Shown: positions 28,023 to 38,758, counted from the first letter of the stretch. The stretch is 64,000 nucleotides of DNA from Dehalococcoidia bacterium (GCA_965238215.1 OZ250180.1:1884111-1948110), one strand, 5' to 3'. Notes: a model not told the origin generated them from the sequence alone. Numbers and translations are program-made.

Positions 28023-29141
28023 CTACGCGCCGTGAATAGGAAACACCAACCGCTTCACCGTCTCCACTGACGATTCGACGTACTGGTTCACCTGTGTCGA
28101 AAGCTCCCCCTCTAAGGCTGGCGGCTCCTCGTCAATCAGTCTATGTAGGTCGTGCTTGGCGGCGTATTCCGCCGGTATCCCCTGCGACCATTCCTTCGAC
28201 AGCATTACCCCATAGGCCAGCGTCCAGCATCGGGCCACCGCCCCCAGGTCGTAGCCGCCTCCACCCAGAGCCAGCCACGGCAGTCCCAGGGCGGCGAAGG
28301 CCCGGACCGCTCCGGTGAACGCCTTGGAAGTTAGCCGAAGGTGGGTTATCGGGTCCCGAAGGTGGGTATCGATGCCCAGTTGCGATACCAGCACGTCTGG
28401 ATTGAAGGCCTGTACCAGGGGAATCACCGCCTCGTTAAAGGCCCACAAATATGCGTCGTCGCCCGTATAGGGAAATAGCGGCAGATTGACGGCGAAGCCC
28501 CTTCCCGCGCCGGAGCCGATCTCGTCGGCAAATCCGGTGCCCGGAAACAGGAACTGGCCAGACTCGTGGGTGGATATGGTCAACACGGCGTCGGTGTCGT
28601 AGAATGCGTCCTGCACACCGTCTCCGTGATGAGCGTCAATGTCCACGTAAGCCACCTTCATCCCCCGGCTCAGGAAATAGTTGATGGCTACCACCGGGTC
28701 ATTAAACACGCAGAATCCCGAGGCGTGGTCGGCTGCGGCGTGGTGCAGCCCCCCGGAGATGTTGAAGGCCGCCCTGACCGTGCCCGCAGCCACCATCTCC
28801 GCTGCCACCATCGTTGCACCCGTGCTTAGTGACGACGCCTCGTAGATTCCGGGGTAGATGGGATTGTCCCCCATCAGGCTAAAGTTGAAGTTGGCCATGT
28901 TGTGCAGGTCCTGATTTCGGCTGAGCCGCTCTACCGCCTCAATATATTCTCGGGTATGGAATGTTGCCAACTCCGCAACCGTAGCCTGCCTGGGCGGAAT
29001 AACGCTGGCGTCCCGAAAGGCTCCATAAGCGTCCAGCAGGTCGTAGGTGTGCTGCAACCGAATAGGACGCATGGGGTGGTCATTCCTCAGAACGTGCTGG
29101 CTGAGAGAAGGATCGTATACGAAGGCTGCTGCTGCGCTCAC
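28023..29141 (-). CDS. acuC: AcuC/histone-deacetylase-family protein
   Basis: HPMRP.R, GGLHHA, GFCVFND, DIDAHHGDG and LGGGGY motifs; GTG 29141 with GGAGG RBS. Confidence 0.9.
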   Translation of the reverse strand: MSAAAAFVYDPSLSQHVLRNDHPMRPIRLQHTYDLLDAYGAFRDASVIPPRQATVAELATFHTREYIEAVERLSRNQDLHNMANFNFSLMGDNPIYPGIYEASSLSTGATMVAAEMVAAGTVRAAFNISGGLHHAAADHASGFCVFNDPVVAINYFLSRGMKVAYVDIDAHHGDGVQDAFYDTDAVLTISTHESGQFLFPGTGFADEIGSGAGRGFAVNLPLFPYTGDDAYLWAFNEAVIPLVQAFNPDVLVSQLGIDTHLRDPITHLRLTSKAFTGAVRAFAALGLPWLALGGGGYDLGAVARCWTLAYGVMLSKEWSQGIPAEYAAKHDLHRLIDEEPPALEGELSTQVNQYVESSVETVKRLVFPIHGA

Positions 29142-29292
29142 AAGTCGCCTCCCGGCGTAGGTTGGAGTCCCCGAGATATTAGCCCAGCGCTCAAGAACAG
29201 GCAAACCCTCTGCAAACGTACCCCTGCTATTTCACCACCCATATCATTGCGAGCGTAGCGAAGAATCACGTCGTCCTTTCACCATATTCCCG

Positions 29293-29340
29293 TTGACACC
29301 GCCTCCTCCAATCTTCTAGAATACCGACCAGTCGGTCGGT
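29293..29340 (+). promoter_or_regulatory. Promoter (TTGACA-N18-TAGAAT) and palindromic TetR operator ACCGACC-N4-GGTCGGT
   Basis: Perfect 7-bp arms at 29323-29340, immediately after the -10 and upstream of the tetR gene. Confidence 0.75.
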
Positions 29341-29360
29341 TAACGAAAGGAACAGGAACC

Positions 29361-29960
29361 TTGCCCCCCAAACTCCAAACACGAGAGCGAATCATGGAAG
29401 CGGCGGAGGCTGTCTTTGCCGAAAAGGGCTATCACGACGCTGCCATGGACGAAATTGTCCGACGCACTAGCGTGTCCAAGGGCGGCCTTTACTTCCACTT
29501 CCCCAGCAAGGAACGGCTCTTCTTTGCCGTCATGGACCACCTGGGACGGCGGCTCGTTCGTCGAATCGAAGACCGAATTGCCCGGGAAGAGAGCGGCATC
29601 GACCGGCTTGAAGCGGCCCTGACAACGGTCCTACAGGTCCTCGGTCGGCGTCGCCGGTTGGCCAAGCTCCTTCTCGTACAGGGTTACAGTATGGGCAACG
29701 CTTTTGAGAAGAAGCGGTCGGACATCTACTCCGGCTTTGCGTCCCTCATAGAAGAAAACCTGGATCGGGCCGTTGCGGAGGGAGACATCATTCCCGTAAA
29801 CGCACAGATAGCATCCTACCTATGGGTTGGGGCCGTCAACGAGGTAATCATACGCTGGTTATACACTGGCAGTCCGGACCCCGTTCGCGAGGCGCTGCCG
29901 GAACTCTTGAAGATTCTCCTGCCTGGTCGTTTAAGGGAGAGCGACATTCAAGGGGAGTGA
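29361..29960 (+). CDS. TetR/AcrR-family regulator
   Basis: HTH: VFAEKGYH...SKGGLYFHFPSKE. Confidence 0.92.
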   Translation: MPPKLQTRERIMEAAEAVFAEKGYHDAAMDEIVRRTSVSKGGLYFHFPSKERLFFAVMDHLGRRLVRRIEDRIAREESGIDRLEAALTTVLQVLGRRRRLAKLLLVQGYSMGNAFEKKRSDIYSGFASLIEENLDRAVAEGDIIPVNAQIASYLWVGAVNEVIIRWLYTGSPDPVREALPELLKILLPGRLRESDIQGE

Positions 29961-30038
29961 CCGACATAGTCGAAACTTAAAATTTCTCCTGCCGGGCTTG
30001 AGCGCCCGACCGGAGATTATCATTGGAGGTGCGGCATC

Positions 30039-31145
30039 ATGAGCTACGCAGAGGTCTATCAGGGCATCGGCTTCCGCGACAGATCCCTCATCCCTCTCTG
30101 GGAGAAGGTCCAGGAGGGTGAGCGACTATCCTTCGAGGACGGCCTTCGCATCTTTCAAACGGAGGACTTCGCTGCCGTGGGTCGCATGGCCGACCACGTG
30201 AAGACGAAGATGTGGGGCGACCGCGCCTACTTCGTTCTGAACCGCCACATCAACCCCACCAACGTCTGTGTCCTCTCATGCAGCTTCTGCGACTTCGCCA
30301 AGAAGAAGGGCGACGATGGCGCCTATGAGATGACCATGGAGCAGATATTGGGCCTGCTTGACGACGAGATTCGAGAGGCCCACATGGTGGGCGGCCATCA
30401 TCCCGACTGGCCCTTCGAGCATTACGAAAACATCGTGAAGACTATGCATGAGCAGTACCCCAACTGCCAGGTCAAAGCCTTCACCGCCTCGGAAATCGAC
30501 TACTTCTGGCGTCGCTGGAAGATAACGCCGGAGGAATCCCTGACCCGGCTTAAAGCCGCAGGTCTCCAGTCCATGCCTGGCGGCGGCGCGGAGGTCTTCT
30601 CCAGCCGGATGCACAAGATGCTCTATCCCGGCAAGGCCACCCCCCAAAGGTGGTTGGAGATTCACCGCATCGCCCACGGCCTTGGCATCCCCTCCAACGC
30701 TACCCTCCTATATGGCCACGTGGAGACCCTGGAGGAGAGGGTTCATCACCTGGAACTGCTGAGGGAGCTTCAGGACGAAACGAGCGGATTCCTGGCCTTC
30801 ATTCCCATTGAGTACCAGACGGGGGACACCCAGCTGGTGGCCCGCCAAGCCTCCCCCTTCGACGACCTGAAGACTATTGCTGCCGCTCGATTGATGCTAG
30901 ACAACTTCCCCCACATCAAGGCCTACTGGATCACCATCTACGAGGCCACCGCCTCCATTGCCCTGAACTTCGGGGCCGACGACACGGACGGCACCATTGG
31001 ACGGGAGCGCATCTCCCACGCCGCCAAGGCCAAAAGCCCCATCGGCATCACTCGGGAGCGAATGATCAACCTCATTTCAGACGCCGGCAAGGTGCCCGTG
31101 GAGCGGGACGCCCTGTACAACGTCATTCGAGTCTATGACAGCTAG
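30039..31145 (+). CDS. mqnE: Aminofutalosine synthase MqnE (radical SAM)
   Basis: NRHINPTNVC..SC.FC and FPHIKAYW; context with mqnA/C/D. Confidence 0.9.
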   Translation: MSYAEVYQGIGFRDRSLIPLWEKVQEGERLSFEDGLRIFQTEDFAAVGRMADHVKTKMWGDRAYFVLNRHINPTNVCVLSCSFCDFAKKKGDDGAYEMTMEQILGLLDDEIREAHMVGGHHPDWPFEHYENIVKTMHEQYPNCQVKAFTASEIDYFWRRWKITPEESLTRLKAAGLQSMPGGGAEVFSSRMHKMLYPGKATPQRWLEIHRIAHGLGIPSNATLLYGHVETLEERVHHLELLRELQDETSGFLAFIPIEYQTGDTQLVARQASPFDDLKTIAAARLMLDNFPHIKAYWITIYEATASIALNFGADDTDGTIGRERISHAAKAKSPIGITRERMINLISDAGKVPVERDALYNVIRVYDS

Positions 31146-31950
31146 AATCGGCCGAATTCCCTACCTGAACTCGGAGGTCTTCTACTACGGCATGGCCGAA
31201 GAAGCGGGCGTCGAGCTGCGCCCCCTCACGCCCCGCGCCCTCTCCGCCGCCGCCGTTGATGGCGGCCTGGATGCCGGGCCGGTGCCCCTCGTGACTTGCT
31301 TCGAACTGGAGCACACCTTCAGGCCCCTGGGCGATTTCTGTATCGCCACCGTGGAAAAGGCCCGCAGCATCCTCCTATATTCCAAGCGCCCTGTCGACGA
31401 GATGACCGGTGCCGTGGTGGGCGTCACGGGTGAAACGTCAACCTCCGTGCGGCTTATGAAGACCTTGCTGGCCCGACGGTTCCGCGTGACTCCCAACCGC
31501 TACGTGGGCCTAGACGATGAACCCACGGACGCCTTTCTGCTCATAGGTGACGAGGCGTTGAGACAGCGGCGCGGCGTTCCGGGCTACCCCCACCTGTACG
31601 ACTTGGGAGAGGAATGGCATCGGTGGACGGGGCTGCCCTTCGTCTTTGCCCAATGGGTCGTGCGGCGCGACCTGAACGACGATAAGGTCCGATGGTTGGA
31701 AGCCCTCCTCTCACGCTCCATCAAATTGGGCTTGGCCGCCGTAGAGGAAATCGCCGCCGCCCGCCGAGACCTGGACATGACCCGTGAGGAGATTGTCCAA
31801 TACGTCCGCAGCTTCCACTACCAGTTGGGCGATGAGGAGATGCAGGCAATAGATAAATTCCGCCGCCTTCTCTCAACCACCACACCCGCACCGTCGCCAA
31901 CCCTGACCACCGATGCCAGTAGGGTCCAATTCGTACATGAACAATCATAA
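31135..31950 (+). CDS. mqnA: Chorismate dehydratase MqnA
   Basis: RIGRIPYLNS, LLIGDEAL and DLGEEW..WTGLPFVFA motifs. Confidence 0.92.
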   Translation: MTARIGRIPYLNSEVFYYGMAEEAGVELRPLTPRALSAAAVDGGLDAGPVPLVTCFELEHTFRPLGDFCIATVEKARSILLYSKRPVDEMTGAVVGVTGETSTSVRLMKTLLARRFRVTPNRYVGLDDEPTDAFLLIGDEALRQRRGVPGYPHLYDLGEEWHRWTGLPFVFAQWVVRRDLNDDKVRWLEALLSRSIKLGLAAVEEIAAARRDLDMTREEIVQYVRSFHYQLGDEEMQAIDKFRRLLSTTTPAPSPTLTTDASRVQFVHEQS

Positions 31951-31989
31951 AGTCGGGGCAGCGAAGCTTCGGCGTAAGGAGTCATAGAA

Positions 31990-33102
31990 ATGCTAAGTGC
32001 AATTAGGCAGAAAGTCGCCGCCGGGGAGCGGCTGAATAGGGACGAAGGGCTGTTCCTCCTACAGGAGGCCAACCTGCTGGATCTGGCTCCTCTGGCCCAG
32101 GAGGTGCGCTACCGCCTCAATCCGCAGCCTGTCGTGACCTTCGTCGTGGACACTAACCTCAACTACACAAACGTCTGCGACGCCTATTGCACGTTCTGTG
32201 CCTTCTACCGCACGGAGCGGGACGCCGATGCCTATACCTATTCCGTGGACGAGGTTATGGACATGATTGGCGCCGCCGCACAGAAGGGCGTTACAACCGT
32301 GCTCATGCAGGGCGGCCTGAACTCCAAGCTGCCTCTAAGCTACTACACGGACCTGCTGCGCGAATGCCGCCGCCGCTATCCTCAGGTGCACCCCCATTTC
32401 TTCTCTGCCCCGGAAGTAATGAAGATGAGCCAGGTCTCCGGCCTATCCGTCCGCGACGTGCTCGCGGAACTCAAGGACGCGGGCTTGGAAAGTATCCCCG
32501 GGGGCGGCTCCGAAATCCTTTCCAACACCGTCAAGTACAAGATAAGTCGCCTCTTCCCCAAGGGTACTGTAGACCAGTGGACACAGGTGCATCTGGAAGC
32601 CCATTGGCTGGGTCTTCGCACAACCGCCACCATGATGTACGGCCACCTGGAGAAGGACGAAGACATCATTGAGCACCTGGAGCACGTCCGCGCCCTTCAG
32701 GATGAAACGGGTGGGTTTACCGCCTTCATCCCCTGGAGCTTCAAGAAGGCCAACACCGCCCTCGACAGTCGGGTGGGCGCCGAGGCAGGCCCCAACCGTT
32801 ATCTTCGAACTATCGCCTTATCCCGCCTCTATCTGGACAACATTCAACACATACAGGCCTCCTGGTTCTCCGAAGGTAAGAAGACGGGCCAGGTAGCCCT
32901 ACACTTCGGCGGAGACGACTTCGGCGGCACTCTCTTCGACGAAAACGTGATGCAGGAGGCGGGTTTCTACAACCGCACCACCGTTGACGAGGTCAAGACC
33001 CTCATCCGCGAGTCGGGCTTCGTCCCTGCCCAGCGCACCACTATGTACGATGTAGTTGCTCGGTTCGAAGGGCCCGTGGCCCAGCCGACCGCCGCGTCCT
33101 GA
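31990..33102 (+). CDS. mqnC: Cyclic dehypoxanthine futalosine synthase MqnC (radical SAM)
   Basis: TFVVDTNLNYTNVC..C.FC, HIQASW and FGGDDFG motifs. Confidence 0.9.
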   Translation: MLSAIRQKVAAGERLNRDEGLFLLQEANLLDLAPLAQEVRYRLNPQPVVTFVVDTNLNYTNVCDAYCTFCAFYRTERDADAYTYSVDEVMDMIGAAAQKGVTTVLMQGGLNSKLPLSYYTDLLRECRRRYPQVHPHFFSAPEVMKMSQVSGLSVRDVLAELKDAGLESIPGGGSEILSNTVKYKISRLFPKGTVDQWTQVHLEAHWLGLRTTATMMYGHLEKDEDIIEHLEHVRALQDETGGFTAFIPWSFKKANTALDSRVGAEAGPNRYLRTIALSRLYLDNIQHIQASWFSEGKKTGQVALHFGGDDFGGTLFDENVMQEAGFYNRTTVDEVKTLIRESGFVPAQRTTMYDVVARFEGPVAQPTAAS

Positions 33103-33141
33103 TATCCCCACCCCGCCGTCATACCGGAAAGGAGCGTACCC

Positions 33142-33981
33142 ATGCAAGTCCTTCGAGTCGGTCACAGCCCCGACGCCGATGACGCCTTCATGTTTTATCC
33201 CCTGGCTAAGGAGATTGTTACCGTGGAGGGCTATCGCATCGAGCACGTGCTGGAGGAGATCCAGTCCCTCAACGTCAGGGCCAAGCGGGGGGATCTGGAG
33301 GTCACCGCCATCTCCGCCGCCGTATATCCGGAGGTAGCGCAGCACTACCGCATAATGCCTTGCGGCTCCTCCGTGGGTCGAAATTATGGCCCTGCCCTGG
33401 TCTCAAAGACCCCCGTGAATGCTGACGAACTGACGGGCAAGAGAATCGCCCTGCCTGGCCGCCACACCACCGCCTACATGCTCCTTCAGATATGCATGCA
33501 AACGCCCTTCGAACCCGTCTTCCTCAACTTTGACGCCGTTGACGGCGCGGTCCAGCGGGGTGAGGTGGACGCCGGGGTTCTCATCCATGAGGGCCAGATT
33601 CGCTCGAACGAATTGGGACTCCACCGGGTGCTGGACCTGGGAGAATGGTGGTTCGAGAAGACCGGCCTGCCCATTCCCCTTGGCCTTGACATGGTGCACC
33701 GCCGCTTGGGGGATGACCTGGGCTGGAAGGTAGCGAAGGCCCTTCAGGACGCCATCATCTACACCCGCGCCCACGAAGACGACGCCTTGGACTATGCTCT
33801 CCAGTTCGGACGGGGCATCGACCGGGAGACCGGTCGGCGTTTCGTCCGCATGTACGTCAACGAGGATACGGTCGACTTTGGGGAAGAGGGACGAAGGGCT
33901 TTGGAAACCCTCTATCGGTTGGCTGCGGAGAAAGGCATCATCAACGAAGCCCCGCCCCTAGACATCGTAGACCTATCCTGA
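33142..33981 (+). CDS. mqnD: 1,4-dihydroxy-6-naphthoate synthase MqnD
   Basis: GHSPDADDAFMF, IHEGQ, LPIPLG and MYVN motifs. Confidence 0.93.
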   Translation: MQVLRVGHSPDADDAFMFYPLAKEIVTVEGYRIEHVLEEIQSLNVRAKRGDLEVTAISAAVYPEVAQHYRIMPCGSSVGRNYGPALVSKTPVNADELTGKRIALPGRHTTAYMLLQICMQTPFEPVFLNFDAVDGAVQRGEVDAGVLIHEGQIRSNELGLHRVLDLGEWWFEKTGLPIPLGLDMVHRRLGDDLGWKVAKALQDAIIYTRAHEDDALDYALQFGRGIDRETGRRFVRMYVNEDTVDFGEEGRRALETLYRLAAEKGIINEAPPLDIVDLS

Positions 33982-34021
33982 TCATCGCCCGTGGGAGGAA
34001 GGAGGTGGGTGCGTAGGGGGG

Positions 34022-34345
34022 TTACTGGAAGAGCTTCAACTGGTATCCGATGAATCGGTCCCCATCTCCATCCTCTTCAATATGGAAGGCTACGCGCCAT
34101 TCTCCGGTGGACCATTTGGCGTCACCCTCACAATCGATGCGCTGACTAGTACGCTCTAATTCCTCAACATCGTAGATTTTGAGGATGGTTGGGGCCAGCG
34201 GGTTATCGTTATCCTCGCTTAGGTCAATTATCTCAGGGATCAAATCCGCGCACTGCATTTCGGATATTTCTTTCTTAGACAGTTCGGAGCACCCAGTGAG
34301 GAGCACTATGAGAACGATGCCGAGTAGGAACCACGTTATTCGCAC
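34022..34345 (-). CDS. Small putative lipoprotein
   Basis: GTG start; hydrophobic stretch ending LTG-C; acidic mature part with a Cys pair. Confidence 0.65.
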   Translation of the reverse strand: MRITWFLLGIVLIVLLTGCSELSKKEISEMQCADLIPEIIDLSEDNDNPLAPTILKIYDVEELERTSQRIDCEGDAKWSTGEWRVAFHIEEDGDGDRFIGYQLKLFQ

Positions 34346-34482
34346 GAAACCACCTATTGGAGATGAGGGGATAATGCCCATTGTAGCATGTTGTACCGCA
34401 TTTACGGCGTCCGACCGCTCCGAGTCTTCCGCGGCCTTCCAATGGGCCAGTAGCACTCTGCCTTGTATGAGCGCTCCCCCTC

Positions 34483-35214
34483 CTACTTCAACGTCGCCAC
34501 CAGTAGATAACCTTCGCCGTTGTCGTCGTACACGGGATAGGGCTTCGTCTCCACCTCGAAGCCCGCCCGAGCCAGCAAATTTTGCCAGGTGGCCAGAGGG
34601 AAGAGGCCCGTGACGTGCCGGTCCGTTTCCACTTCCAACCGGTCGTCCTTCTTGATGAAGTAGACAAACACCGTCTCCACCGTGGAGTCCGATGGGTCCA
34701 TATCCGTGATGTATTGGATATAGGTGAATTCCACGTCGCCCGCGATACGGGTGCGGTGCTCGACCGTGGTGCCACTAAAGGTCTCTGCAAACCAGTCAGG
34801 CACGGTGATGAGAATTCCACCAGGCTGCAAGTGTGCACGGGCCGTGGAGAAGGTAGCCGACAGGTCTTCCTCCGTGAGCATATAGGAGATGGCGTCGTGA
34901 ATGAGAACGGCTTGAAAGCGGCGGCCCAGCCGCACGGATCGCATGTCCCCCACATGATGCTCCACATCGGGGTTCAGGGCTTGGGAGTTGGCCAGCATTT
35001 GCGGCGAAATATCCACCGCCGTAGCCTGAACGTCGCCGGTGAGGTGGGAAAGTAGATGGCCGCCGCCAACGCCTAGCTCCAACACGTCGTGACGGCCCGG
35101 TCCGAGTTTCTCCCTCAGGGCCTGACGCCAGAAAGACGCTTCTTCGGCGTACTCTTCCGGCGGGTCCAGCAAGGGCCACAGGTGGGACAGATCGTTGTAG
35201 AGGCGGTTTTCCAT
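34483..35214 (-). CDS. Class I SAM-dependent methyltransferase
   Basis: VLELGVGGG, VDISPQML, GDMR and HDAISYM motifs; start MENRLY. Confidence 0.88.
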   Translation of the reverse strand: MENRLYNDLSHLWPLLDPPEEYAEEASFWRQALREKLGPGRHDVLELGVGGGHLLSHLTGDVQATAVDISPQMLANSQALNPDVEHHVGDMRSVRLGRRFQAVLIHDAISYMLTEEDLSATFSTARAHLQPGGILITVPDWFAETFSGTTVEHRTRIAGDVEFTYIQYITDMDPSDSTVETVFVYFIKKDDRLEVETDRHVTGLFPLATWQNLLARAGFEVETKPYPVYDDNGEGYLLVATLK

Positions 35215-35494
35215 ATCGTCGCGGCTCGGTGCAAAGTAGGCGGGCTGGATTATACCATCGGTGCCTTCATCTTTTGCATGCGCACTGGAAGACGCCATTC
35301 GTGTTTTTCCACGTGTCACTCTGAACCCAGCGAAGAATCTCGTTTTCCTTGCGCCAATCCCCCCGCAGTCACGGCAATAAGTGATACGCAGCCCGGCCGG
35401 TTGTGTGTACTTTGTATCGACTGCCGCAACCTCCCGCTGTTCGCCTCCCGGCTGACCCCCTAAGCTTGTGCTACCATTTCGTCGAGGCGCCACC

Positions 35495-36361
35495 GTGACG
35501 AAGATAACTGAAGCATACCACTCCAAGGGACGCCGACCCTTGGTTATCTGCGATTTCTCCCCTCCTCGTGGCGCTTCCGTCGACTTCCTTGAAGCCGCCC
35601 GCGGTCTGGACGCCGACTTCATTTCCGTGAACTATAACCCTGGCCGCGTCCCCCGCGCAGACTCCGCCATAACCGCCCACCTCATCCGCCGGCACACTGG
35701 CCGCGACGTGCTATTCACACTGGCCGTGCGGGACATGAACCCGCTGGCCCTCCAAAGCCACGTCTTGGGAGCCTCGACCCTGGGGCTGGAGAATCTGCTA
35801 GTCCTTGGAGGCGATCCCTTCCCCCCATCCCGGAACCGCCGGGGGAGTTGCGTCGGGACCATGCGCCCTACAGAATTGATGCGGGCAGTCCGAAACATGA
35901 ACAATGGCCTCGACGGTCGAGGCCGCCCCTTGGAGAGCGCCGCAAACCTATGCGTCGGCGGTGTCATCGACCTTGGCCAAGACGTCGAGGATGCAGCGCG
36001 CCTGACCCGCAAGAAGGTGGAAGCCGGGGCGCAATTCTTCGTCACCCAGCCCGTCTTTGATCCGCAGCAAAAGAGGGCCTTCGAAGTTGCCTACGAAGCC
36101 GCAGCCGGCGAGCCGCTGGCGGCGCCGGTCTTCTATGGCCTGCAGATCCTTTGGCCTGGCCGGATCGCTTTCTCTCTCGTCCCTCCCCACTATCAGCGGC
36201 AGTTGGAACGTGGGCGTTCCGGCGATGATATAGCGATGGAAGTCTGGGAGGGGCTTCGCCGGGAAGGGATCGATACCCTCTACTTAGTGCCGCCAATCGG
36301 CCCGCGAGGGGCTAGAGACTACGAAGCGGGAAACCGGTTTCTGGAACGCGTCCGCGCCTGA
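35495..36361 (+). CDS. metF: Methylenetetrahydrofolate reductase-family protein
   Basis: DFSPPRG, RDMN..ALQS, LGGD and KKVEAGAQFFVTQPVF motifs. Confidence 0.8.
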   Translation: MTKITEAYHSKGRRPLVICDFSPPRGASVDFLEAARGLDADFISVNYNPGRVPRADSAITAHLIRRHTGRDVLFTLAVRDMNPLALQSHVLGASTLGLENLLVLGGDPFPPSRNRRGSCVGTMRPTELMRAVRNMNNGLDGRGRPLESAANLCVGGVIDLGQDVEDAARLTRKKVEAGAQFFVTQPVFDPQQKRAFEVAYEAAAGEPLAAPVFYGLQILWPGRIAFSLVPPHYQRQLERGRSGDDIAMEVWEGLRREGIDTLYLVPPIGPRGARDYEAGNRFLERVRA

Positions 36362-36480
36362 CAAATCGACCCGTCCACTGACGCTGCGTGATTGCTACCC
36401 CTTTCCCTTCTGTGCTACCATCCTTGCACGTCGCCGACCCATGAGTTTCGCAAACAGAGCAAGGACTGGAGCAGACCCAC

Positions 36481-37416
36481 GTGTCCGTTGAGCATCAGCT
36501 AAAGGGCGTCTGCCCCCCCAAAGACACGGCGGTAACCATTGGCACTTTCGATGGCGTCCACCGGGGTCATCAACACCTGTTCCGAAGTCTCAAGGCTGCC
36601 GCCCAAGCCGACAATCTTCAAACCTGTGCCATTGTCTTTCGCAACCAGCCCCGCTCCGTGCTTGTTCGCGGGGCGGAGGTGGAATACATCACCCCCTGGG
36701 AAGAACGCAAGGCCCTCATTGAGGCCCAGGGCGTGGACCATCTGGTGGCCCTGAATTTCACCCGAGACTTGGCGGCCATTCGCGCTCGGGATTTCGTGAA
36801 TATGCTGGTCGCAAACCTGAAGATGAAGGCCCTGGTCGTAGGCCCGGACTTTGCCCTCGGGCACCGCCGGGAAGGCGATATTCCTGCCCTGCGCGCCATG
36901 GGAAGCCAATTAGGCTTCCGTTTACACGTGCTGGAGCCCAAAGCCGTGGACAGCCAGCCTATCAGAAGCCGTGTCCTCCGCAAAATAATCAGCGACGGTC
37001 GGGTTGTGGACGCTGCCCGAATGTTGGGCCGTCCCTTCGTCCTCCAGGGCGTGGTCGTGGAGGGCGATCGCCGCGGCAGGGAGCTTGGATTCCCCACTGC
37101 CAACCTCGCCCTCGATGCCAGTATTCTCGCCCCAAAGCATGGAATCTACGCCACTTGGGCCAGCTTCCAGGGCGAGAAAAGACCTTCCGCCACCAGCATC
37201 GGCGTCCGGCCCACTTTCGGCGGCGGGCCCCGCTTCGTCGAGGTCTATGTAATGGACTTCGACGGTGACCTATATGGAGAGACGATGGACGTTGAGTTCG
37301 TGCGCCTCCTCCGCGACGAGCAGTATTTCGAATCGGTTTCCTGCCTCGTTAGGCAGATGGAGCTGGACGTGGAGCAGGCCCGGGCTGTGCTCTCCGGCGG
37401 GGAGGTGGGAACATGA
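36481..37416 (+). CDS. ribF: Riboflavin kinase/FAD synthetase
   Basis: GTFDGVHRGH, GRELGFPTAN and GVRPTF motifs. Confidence 0.95.
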   Translation: MSVEHQLKGVCPPKDTAVTIGTFDGVHRGHQHLFRSLKAAAQADNLQTCAIVFRNQPRSVLVRGAEVEYITPWEERKALIEAQGVDHLVALNFTRDLAAIRARDFVNMLVANLKMKALVVGPDFALGHRREGDIPALRAMGSQLGFRLHVLEPKAVDSQPIRSRVLRKIISDGRVVDAARMLGRPFVLQGVVVEGDRRGRELGFPTANLALDASILAPKHGIYATWASFQGEKRPSATSIGVRPTFGGGPRFVEVYVMDFDGDLYGETMDVEFVRLLRDEQYFESVSCLVRQMELDVEQARAVLSGGEVGT

Positions 37417-38693
37417 AGCTGGACGACGCCGTTCTTCAACAGGTGCTGCGACGGGGCGTGGTGGAGATAATTGTGGAGGAGGAGTTCGTTCGCCTCCTCC
37501 AGGAGGGCAAACCACTCAGGCTAAAGATGGGTTTCGACCCCAGCAGGCCTGACATCCACCTTGGCCACGTTATTGGCCTTCGCAAGCTGCGACAGCTTCA
37601 GGAACTTGGCCACAAAGTCGTTCTCATCGTGGGGGACTGGACGGCCCAAATTGGCGATCCCAGCGGCGAGTCCGTCACCCGTCCCATGCTCACCCACGAG
37701 CAGGTCATGGCCAACGCCCAATCTTACCTCCAACAGTTCTTCAGGGTGGTGGACGAGGACCGGACAGAAACGGTGCTCCAGAGCGAGTGGTTCGGCAAGT
37801 TCACCCTCGCCACCGTTCTGGACCTCACCCGCCGCTTCACCCTGGCCCAATTCCTAGAGCGGGACGATTTCGCTCGCCGCTATAAGGCCAACCGCCCCAT
37901 AGCCATAACCGAATTCCTCTATCCCCTGCTCCAGGCCTACGACTCCGTAGCCATCCGGTCCGACGTGGAGTTTGGCGGCACGGACCAGAAGTTCAACCTG
38001 CTAGTGGGCCGCCAGCTTCAGTCAATGATGGGCCAGAAGCCTCAGCAGTGCTTTCTCATGCCACTGCTGGTGGGCACCGACGGCGTACAGAAGATGAGCA
38101 AGAGCCTGGACAACTACGTTGCCGTGGATGATCCTCCCCTCGAGATGTTCGGCAAGCTCATGTCCATCGCCGACAATCTCATGCTGGACTATTTCGAATA
38201 CCTGACGGACGTTTCACCCCCGGAACTGGACGAAATGCGGAGGGCCATCGAGACCGACTCGGTGAACCCCATGGACCTGAAGAAGCGGCTGGCCGCCGAG
38301 GTGACTAGCCAGTTCTATCCCCATGACGATGTTCTGGACGCCCGGACCCACTTCGAGCGCACGGTGCAGCGTCGACAGCTCCCCCAAGACATCCCCCAAG
38401 TTGGCTTCCGAATTTCCCCCTCTGTCGTGTGCGTCTACCCGATTGACACATCGGGCGAGACCAGGCAGATAAGCCCCTCCGAGCAGCGCGACCGGGTTGC
38501 CGCAGTCGACCTGATTTGGGCCGCCGGGCTGGCCAAGTCTAAAGGTGAGGCCAAGCGCCTTCTCTCCCAGTCGGCGGTGGAAGTAGACCAGCGGCGGCAC
38601 CGCGAACCGTGGATTCAGCTTCGAGACGGCGCCGTCATACGGGTGGGCCGACGCCGGTTCGCTCGCTTGGCGAATCTGGATGAACGCCAGTAA
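37413..38693 (+). CDS. tyrS: Tyrosine-tRNA ligase
   Basis: GFDPS.PDIHLGH, YPLLQAYD, KMSKS and a C-terminal S4 domain. Confidence 0.97.
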   Translation: MKLDDAVLQQVLRRGVVEIIVEEEFVRLLQEGKPLRLKMGFDPSRPDIHLGHVIGLRKLRQLQELGHKVVLIVGDWTAQIGDPSGESVTRPMLTHEQVMANAQSYLQQFFRVVDEDRTETVLQSEWFGKFTLATVLDLTRRFTLAQFLERDDFARRYKANRPIAITEFLYPLLQAYDSVAIRSDVEFGGTDQKFNLLVGRQLQSMMGQKPQQCFLMPLLVGTDGVQKMSKSLDNYVAVDDPPLEMFGKLMSIADNLMLDYFEYLTDVSPPELDEMRRAIETDSVNPMDLKKRLAAEVTSQFYPHDDVLDARTHFERTVQRRQLPQDIPQVGFRISPSVVCVYPIDTSGETRQISPSEQRDRVAAVDLIWAAGLAKSKGEAKRLLSQSAVEVDQRRHREPWIQLRDGAVIRVGRRRFARLANLDERQ

Positions 38694-38758
38694 TGAAGAC
38701 AAAGATATGTCCCCGCTGGGGGCGGTTTCAAACCGTCCTTGCCGGTTAAGGAGGCGAC

